A DNA stretch of 64,000 bases from Akkermansiaceae bacterium (GTDB lineage Bacteria > Verrucomicrobiota > Verrucomicrobiia > Verrucomicrobiales > Akkermansiaceae), in contig JBPOGF010000002.1 in the NCBI GenBank assembly GCA_051251915.1, positions 215,663 through 279,662 on the forward strand, read 5' to 3'. Under the pieces are notes generated by a model, which saw nothing but the letters and a program-made list of their open reading frames with translations, was not told the DNA's origin and searched no databases. Shown here one piece after another: positions 58,204-64,000 of this stretch; within the stretch, counting starts at the first letter, position 1, and each line of letters opens with the position of its first letter. Position numbers and translations under genes: made by a program.

Positions 58204-59391
58204 TTATTTTGCTGATTGGGCGAACATGAGGGTGTCGATGTAGAAGGTGGTTCTGCTTCTTGGTTTTCTGCCTCGGCGGTCTTTACGGTCACTGCGTTTT
58301 TGTGGTTCTTCTCTGGTTTTGAGTGCTGCGTTTTCTGTGTGTGTGGCAGGTAGGCCTTTGCGGTGATGGTAGTGGTTGAAGACTCGCTCATACATGGCAC
58401 GGAGTCGGCCACGTGCGTCGCTAGAGAGCTTTTTGTAGTGGTAGCGGCCTTCGAAGCTGATGTATGGCTCGTATGGGACATCGTGTCCGAGGTTGTATTT
58501 TGCGGTGTATTCGAATCCTTTGAGTAGGCGGTTGTCGAGGGCGCTGTAGAGGTCGATGTTTTGGATCCAGGCTGTTTCAGCGGTGTTGGCTAGGAATTCG
58601 AGTCCCATTTGGGTGTGGCCTTGGTCGCGACCGCTTTCTTGGCATTCGCCGGATTCCATGAAGTAGTTACCGATAGCGCCGTTGCCTTTGCCTTTAAGGT
58701 AGTAGTCTTTTGCTCTGTCGAACATGGTGCGGTCATCGAGGAATACGCCCATGGCGATCATGGCTTGGAGCATGGATGCGTCCCAGTTGCCGTTGGCGGA
58801 TGGGTAGAAGTCTTTGATGATGGGGTAGCAGATTTCGCGGAGCATGGTGGCGAATTGTGCTTGTTTTTGTTGTGGCCAGACGTCTGAGGTGTGCTTGATG
58901 AGTTCTGCGGCGATGGTGAAGTGATAGGCGCTCATTCCTACGAGGAGGCGGGCATCGTGGTTGCCGATGGATTTGAGGGTGGCGGACCAGGCGTCTAGGA
59001 TCTCAGCGGATTTTTTGGCGTGGGCTTTATTTCCTGTGATGGTCCAGCAGAGTGCGTGGGTGTAGGCGGCCATGGCGTCATTGCTGAAGTCTGATGAGCC
59101 GATGTTGGGGTTATTTGATGCGCCTCGTTCTACGTCTGCACGTGGCTGGGGTTTCCAGGTGAGTGAGGCGTGGTTGCTGGAGGTAAGTTTTTGCCAAGCG
59201 GTGAGCCAGGGTTGTTCTTTTGCTTGGATTTTCTTTTTAACGAACTCGATGCTTTCTTGGCTGTGGACGACTCCTGGGTGGATGAAGTCTGCTTGGGCTG
59301 AGAGGGTTAGACTGAGGCCGAGGTTGATGGTTATGGCGGAGATGAGAAATGTCAGCTTCCTTTTGAGTGTGGATATTTTTGATCGATGCAT
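58204..59391 (-). CDS. Alginate lyase-like (alpha/alpha barrel) family protein
   Basis: FIHPG, ANGNW, GECQESGRDQGH and GFEYTAKYN motifs; signal peptide. Confidence 0.8.
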   Translation of the reverse strand: MHRSKISTLKRKLTFLISAITINLGLSLTLSAQADFIHPGVVHSQESIEFVKKKIQAKEQPWLTAWQKLTSSNHASLTWKPQPRADVERGASNNPNIGSSDFSNDAMAAYTHALCWTITGNKAHAKKSAEILDAWSATLKSIGNHDARLLVGMSAYHFTIAAELIKHTSDVWPQQKQAQFATMLREICYPIIKDFYPSANGNWDASMLQAMIAMGVFLDDRTMFDRAKDYYLKGKGNGAIGNYFMESGECQESGRDQGHTQMGLEFLANTAETAWIQNIDLYSALDNRLLKGFEYTAKYNLGHDVPYEPYISFEGRYHYKKLSSDARGRLRAMYERVFNHYHHRKGLPATHTENAALKTREEPQKRSDRKDRRGRKPRSRTTFYIDTLMFAQSAK

Positions 59392-59428
59392 GGTTCTTTG
59401 GATGTGAATGAGGTTGGTGGTTCGTGAA

Positions 59429-60250
59429 TTAGGGGGCAGAGGTGAGTTTTAGCATGGCTTCAGCGTAGCGTTGGCCTAGGAGTAGTTGGCTTTTGGCGTC
59501 GAAGTGTGTTCCGGGATCCCAGGTGGTGGTTCCTTCTGATGTGACGAGTCCGCAGAGGGGGTCGCTTTCACATGCGGCCTGGATGGCGGCGCGGACTTTG
59601 TCTCGGCTGCCGTTATCGTAAACTTCGCCGAGGACGAATGGGAGGTCTGCGATTCCGGTGTCTTCGCGGATGCGAGCGAGAAGTTCTGTTAGGCGTTGAT
59701 GGTGGAGTTTGGTGTTTGTTTTGGAGTCAGATTCACCTTGGTGCCAGATGAGGCCGCTGATCTTGAATGTGTGGCCGTCTTTGGTGAGTTGTTTGGTGGC
59801 GAGGTTGATCGTCTCGATGAAATTTAGGTAGCATGGGCCTTGAGTCTTTGGCTTGCCTTTGAGTCCGGGTGTCCAGTCTTTGCGGAGATTAGTGCCGCCT
59901 TTTGAGCCTTTGATGAAGGCGAAGTTTTGTTTTGGTTGGGCTTTTTGCATGCCGGCTGCGAAGCCGATTTCTGGTCCGAAGGTGGGAGAAGGGAGGCCGC
60001 CTTTGTATTTTGGTGGGATGCTGAATCCGGGTTGGAGTTTTTCCCAGCCGTCTGATGCGTGTGGTGGGTTGCGGTAGAAGATGATGGTTTTGGTAGATGC
60101 TTTTTGTTGAGAAGATTCGAGGTTTTTGGTCTTGCCTCGGCCGTCCATGTTTGACTGGCCTGCGAGTAGGTAGACGTCGTATTCCGTAGCTGATGCGGGG
60201 ATGGAATGGATGACGAATAGAGCTGCGATGGTGGTGAGTATTTTTTTCAT
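59429..60250 (-). CDS. Sialate O-acetylesterase / CE6-like carbohydrate esterase
   Basis: LAGQSNM, FGPE, WHQGESD and D.GTHF motifs; signal peptide. Confidence 0.9.
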   Translation of the reverse strand: MKKILTTIAALFVIHSIPASATEYDVYLLAGQSNMDGRGKTKNLESSQQKASTKTIIFYRNPPHASDGWEKLQPGFSIPPKYKGGLPSPTFGPEIGFAAGMQKAQPKQNFAFIKGSKGGTNLRKDWTPGLKGKPKTQGPCYLNFIETINLATKQLTKDGHTFKISGLIWHQGESDSKTNTKLHHQRLTELLARIREDTGIADLPFVLGEVYDNGSRDKVRAAIQAACESDPLCGLVTSEGTTTWDPGTHFDAKSQLLLGQRYAEAMLKLTSAP

Positions 60251-60314
60251 GATGATTTATTCCCTTCTTTGATACGAATGGAGTTAGCGACTTTTATCAG
60301 TCAGTTTTCTAGGA

Positions 60315-60977
60315 TTATGGGAGTAGAGGTTTGACCTTGGCGATGATGAGTTCGGCGATGATACGTGTGCCAGTTTGGCTGGGGTGAACACCGTCTGGGC
60401 TCATCCATTTTGGTGTTTTTTTGAGTTCTTGGTTGAGGTCGACTAGGGGGACTTTATGTTTTTCTGAGACTTCGATAGCGGCATGGCGGTAGTTGTTGAT
60501 CATCTTTTCAAGTCCGCCTTGTTTCTCGTAGAGGTCCTTTTCATGTCGGGTGAAGTATTTTTCGATGTTGATGGGTGGGAGGGTGCAGAGGACGACTTTG
60601 GCGCCTGCTTTTTCGCTCGCTTTGATCATGGTTTCGAGGTTATTTTTGTAATCCTTTAGGGTGACGTAGACTCTGGGTGCGTCTACGCGGAGGTCATTGG
60701 TTCCGAAGAAGATCACGACGATGTCAGGGTTGTGGTCGATGACGTCTTTTTGCATTCTGCGTAGTGCTTGTGCGGTGGAGTGGCCGGCGACTCCAGACAT
60801 GACGGTGTCAACATTGAGTGCTTTTGCGAGGATTTGGTCATAACCGCGTTTGGTGATGCTGTCACCGAAGCAGACGACTTTGGTTTTTGGTGGCTCGTCG
60901 TCAGCTAAGGAGGTAGAAGATAATGATAGAGAAAGAATAGTGACGCTTAGAGTGACTAGATAGGTGAATAGTTTCAT
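60315..60977 (-). CDS. SGNH/GDSL hydrolase
   Basis: FGDSIT, GVAG, GTND and DGVHP motifs; signal peptide. Confidence 0.92.
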   Translation of the reverse strand: MKLFTYLVTLSVTILSLSLSSTSLADDEPPKTKVVCFGDSITKRGYDQILAKALNVDTVMSGVAGHSTAQALRRMQKDVIDHNPDIVVIFFGTNDLRVDAPRVYVTLKDYKNNLETMIKASEKAGAKVVLCTLPPINIEKYFTRHEKDLYEKQGGLEKMINNYRHAAIEVSEKHKVPLVDLNQELKKTPKWMSPDGVHPSQTGTRIIAELIIAKVKPLLP

Positions 60978-61109
60978 GGATATAAAGAGTGGGTTTGATG
61001 TATGATTTTAGTCTATGAAAGTTAGGTTAGTCTTACTTCAGTGTCTAGAAAAGAAGTCTGTCTCACAGGTTTGGTGTGTGGGTAATGTTCTTAATGTTAG
61101 AGTGTTGGT

Positions 61110-62108
61110 CTATTTTGTTTGCCATGTATCTTTTGGTTCTAAGATGGTTTCTACTTTGTTGGAGTTTAGCCAGTGCATGGCATTTTCGTCGTTTGTTAGA
61201 TAGGCTTGAAAAAATTTAAGGCTGATGGTTTTGATTACTTCATGATGGTTTGGGTTTCGGTGGTTTTTGCCTGTTAGGGTTCGGTCAGAGAATGCCATGT
61301 GGGTTGCTTTATTTAGGACGAGTTGGTATTTGTCTCCTTTGGGTAAGTTCTGAAATACTTCCATGCGGCTTGCTGGGGTGACATGGGGAGTGAGGATGAC
61401 TTTGTCTTCGGTTCCGGTCATTAACAACCATGGGGTGCTTACTTTTGAAAATGCTTTCTTGGTGGCGTCACTGTTAGGTTTGCCGTTTTTTCTGGGGGTG
61501 CTGGGACTCATGGCAAAGGCTGCTTTGATTCGTTTGTCGGTGAACCTTTGACCTGCTGCTTCATTCCATTGGCCAGAGGTGGAGAGGGCGGTAATGGCTC
61601 CAAAGGAGTGTCCGCTCATACCGAGTTGCTGCATGTTGAGTTTGGCATAGAGCGGGTGTGATGGATCAAGGTTCCATTTTGTGAGTTGGTCGATGGTGGC
61701 GGGCACATCGTGCATGCGTTTGAGGTAGCTTTGGATGCTCATGCCGCTTTTGAGGGCTTTGATTTTGTCCTTGTATGGTTTGTCTTTGATGATGTTGATG
61801 TCACTACCTTCATGCTGCATGGCGACTGTTATGAAGCCGTGTTCGGCCCAAAATGTACCTAGGTAGCTGCCTACTTCTCTTGATCCTCCCAGTCCGTGGC
61901 TAAGGAGGATGACGGGTGCGTTTTTTATGGATGGATTTTGTGGGGAGTAGATTTTAAGCGGAATCATGCGTGCTTTTCCTTCATATAAGTAGGAGAATTC
62001 AGTGAGTTGGCTAGTGGTTTTAGCTGAGGGTGGATGTTTGACTTCTGGATATGCAGAGCAAGCAATGCTGAGTAGAATAAAGAAGAAAGGCGATATAGTT
62101 TTAATCAT
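61110..62108 (-). CDS. Exported alpha/beta hydrolase (dienelactone hydrolase-like)
   Basis: SHGLGGS, GHSFG nucleophile elbow, MTGTED and ATHMAF motifs. Confidence 0.88.
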   Translation of the reverse strand: MIKTISPFFFILLSIACSAYPEVKHPPSAKTTSQLTEFSYLYEGKARMIPLKIYSPQNPSIKNAPVILLSHGLGGSREVGSYLGTFWAEHGFITVAMQHEGSDINIIKDKPYKDKIKALKSGMSIQSYLKRMHDVPATIDQLTKWNLDPSHPLYAKLNMQQLGMSGHSFGAITALSTSGQWNEAAGQRFTDKRIKAAFAMSPSTPRKNGKPNSDATKKAFSKVSTPWLLMTGTEDKVILTPHVTPASRMEVFQNLPKGDKYQLVLNKATHMAFSDRTLTGKNHRNPNHHEVIKTISLKFFQAYLTNDENAMHWLNSNKVETILEPKDTWQTK

Positions 62109-62367
62109 AAGTGATGAAACCTGCGGGTTCGCAAAAAGTTCTTATTCATTTATGATTTGCTGTGAATGGAAAGTATCCTTCGAGTGAAAATGCTGTTAGA
62201 TGAGGAAAACTTTGCTGGAGGTAAGTTTTCTGTTGCCATGAAGGAGAGTTGTGTGGATAGTTAGGGTAGATTGAATAATTTTTTACAGAGTGGGCGGAAT
62301 GGAGTAGTGGCTAGAGGTGAGTTTTTGTGTGAGCTGTTAGAGTATGTACCTTTAACGATATGAATTT

Positions 62368-63903
62368 ATGATTGAGACGGTGAAACAACTAAATGAGGGC
62401 ACTGGCGACAGTGCAGATTCTAAAGTAGGAACAACTACTAAGCCTGAGAAAAATAAAGTAGCATCGCAGTTAAGGGAGTTCGGGCTGCATGCACCGGCTA
62501 CGCCAATTGGGGCGAAAAACTTTGTGTTGGATACGAATGTGTTATTGCATGACCCAGGTTGTTTGAATCGTTTCGCGGATAACCATTTGTGTATACCTGC
62601 TGACGTGCTTAGTGAGCTAGATAAATTTAAAAATGAACAGAGTGACCGTGGGGCGAATGCTAGGCAGGTTCACCGTAAATTGACAGAGATGTTCTCACAC
62701 GGAGGGAGTGTTACGCAGGGTGTGGAAACTGATGGTGGGGGAACGATCCGACTGGTGATTTATGATCCAATTTTCTGCATGGATAACAGTGAAATGCTGG
62801 CTCAGTTCTTGCGGATTTTTCCAGATAAAGCTAGGGTGGATCATCGGATTATGGCGGTAACATTGTTGATCGCAGAATACAATGATGCGCCTGTTGTGCT
62901 GGTGACGAAGGATCTGAATATGCAGTTGAAGGCACGTGCTGTGCACATTGTGTGTGAGGATTATCAGAATGATAAGGTGGATCCTCGGGAGGTGAGTAAC
63001 TATGATATTTTTCCTGTGGATGTGAATCCTGCTGAGTTGCAAAGGTTCGCGAGTAGTGGTCATTTAGAGTTGCCGCATGAGCGTCGCGAGGGGGTGGTAT
63101 TGAACCAGTATGTGCTTCTTACAGCTGGGGAGAAACAAACGATGCCCGCAAGGTTAGATAGCGAGGGGTTTTTTGTGAGACTGCAAACTCCTGAGGTGCT
63201 ACGCATTCCTGATGGGCATCATTTGAAGCCGCTTAATTTGGGGCAGAAATGCTTGATCGATGCGCTGTTGAATCCAGATATTTCGTTAGTGACATGTTAT
63301 GGTCAGGCAGGGACGGGCAAGACGCTGGTTGCAGTGGCTGCTGGCTTGCATGAGATGTTTAATAGGAAGTATAACGGGATAACGATCAGTCGTCCAGTGG
63401 TGGCGATGGGAGATCAGTTGGGATTTTTGCCAGGGGATCTGGATGATAAGATGCGCCCGTGGTTGCAGCCGATTTATGATGCATTGGAATTATTAATGGC
63501 TCCACCGAGTGGGAATCAGCCACCGCGAAGGAAGCAGGGCAAGAAGGATGATGATGTCAAGAGTGTGAAAGCTTATGATCATTTGATTGAGCAGGGTGTG
63601 GTGGAAATTGAGGCACTTTGTTACATTCGAGGACGTTCGATACCGAATCGATTTTTCGTGCTGGATGAGGCGCAGCAGCTTACTCCACAGGAAGCGAAAA
63701 CCGTGGTTACGCGGATGTCTAGAGGGTCTAAGTTGGTGCTCGTAGGTGATCCGGCGCAGATAGATAACCCTTATGTGGATAGTCGGAGCAATGGTCTGGT
63801 TTATACTAGGAATAAACTTAAAGGTCAGCCCTTTACAGCGCATGTGACTCTAAGCCGAGGCGAGCGTAGTCCGTTGGCTGAGGCTGGTGCCCAGTTGATG
63901 TAG
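62368..63903 (+). CDS. PIN-PhoH (PhoH2-type) ATPase/ribonuclease
   Basis: VLDTNVLLHDP PIN domain; GQAGTGKT, GFLPG, IRGRS, DEAQ and GDPAQID motifs. Confidence 0.93.
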   Translation: MIETVKQLNEGTGDSADSKVGTTTKPEKNKVASQLREFGLHAPATPIGAKNFVLDTNVLLHDPGCLNRFADNHLCIPADVLSELDKFKNEQSDRGANARQVHRKLTEMFSHGGSVTQGVETDGGGTIRLVIYDPIFCMDNSEMLAQFLRIFPDKARVDHRIMAVTLLIAEYNDAPVVLVTKDLNMQLKARAVHIVCEDYQNDKVDPREVSNYDIFPVDVNPAELQRFASSGHLELPHERREGVVLNQYVLLTAGEKQTMPARLDSEGFFVRLQTPEVLRIPDGHHLKPLNLGQKCLIDALLNPDISLVTCYGQAGTGKTLVAVAAGLHEMFNRKYNGITISRPVVAMGDQLGFLPGDLDDKMRPWLQPIYDALELLMAPPSGNQPPRRKQGKKDDDVKSVKAYDHLIEQGVVEIEALCYIRGRSIPNRFFVLDEAQQLTPQEAKTVVTRMSRGSKLVLVGDPAQIDNPYVDSRSNGLVYTRNKLKGQPFTAHVTLSRGERSPLAEAGAQLM

Positions 63904-63916
63904 GGGGGAGAATTAG

Positions 63917-64000
63917 GAATGTTGAATGTTGAATGTTGAATGTTGAATGTTGAATGTTGAATGTTGAATGTTGAATGTTGAATGTTGAATGTTGAATGTT
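63917..64000. repeat. Heptamer tandem repeat (GAATGTT)x12, running off the window end
   Basis: 12 perfect copies directly visible, starting 13 bp after the PhoH stop. Confidence 0.98.

Noticed and set aside
337..63843. Many 60-290 aa overlapping ORFs in the track (e.g. 697-1110, 1634-2056, 2771-3349, 40613-41488)
   Set aside because: They are His/Pro/Arg- or Met/Ser-rich shadows of well-supported genes, produced by the strong strand and codon bias, and carry no motifs
63917..64000. CRISPR array
   Set aside because: A 7-bp unit with no spacers, and no cas genes in the window

Overview
Bacterial chromosomal window, most likely from a Verrucomicrobiota (PVC) genome. This taxonomy is an inference from the LpxC-FabZ fusion, PVC-type heme c dehydrogenases, an ExbB/ExbD/TPR cluster and AT-rich leaders without Shine-Dalgarno sites. 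It is mostly core genes: sufE (partial), Na+/H+ antiporter, thyA, beta-CASP nuclease, trmD, rnhA, pssA, SNF2 helicase, accBC, recN, pspA, pfkA, lpxC-fabZ, nadC, dnaA-dnaN, putA and PIN-PhoH. It also holds tRNA-Val(TAC), a 6S RNA and many secreted hypothetical or carbohydrate-acting proteins. The + strand is strongly G/T-rich on both sides of dnaA, so no skew switch marks an origin here. The most unusual items are: (i) a 1.6-kb integrase-less, integron-cassette-like patch after tRNA-Val, where the 3' end of a group II intron sits exactly in a cassette core site; (ii) an amidohydrolase-fold protein coupled to a Rieske ferredoxin, a candidate dinuclear oxygenase system; (iii) a TonB-less ExbB-ExbD-ExbD-TPR-TPR motor operon; (iv) two candidate small RNAs or small-ORF transcripts; (v) a palindromic operator in front of recN. 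All calls come from reading motifs by eye; no database searches were run.
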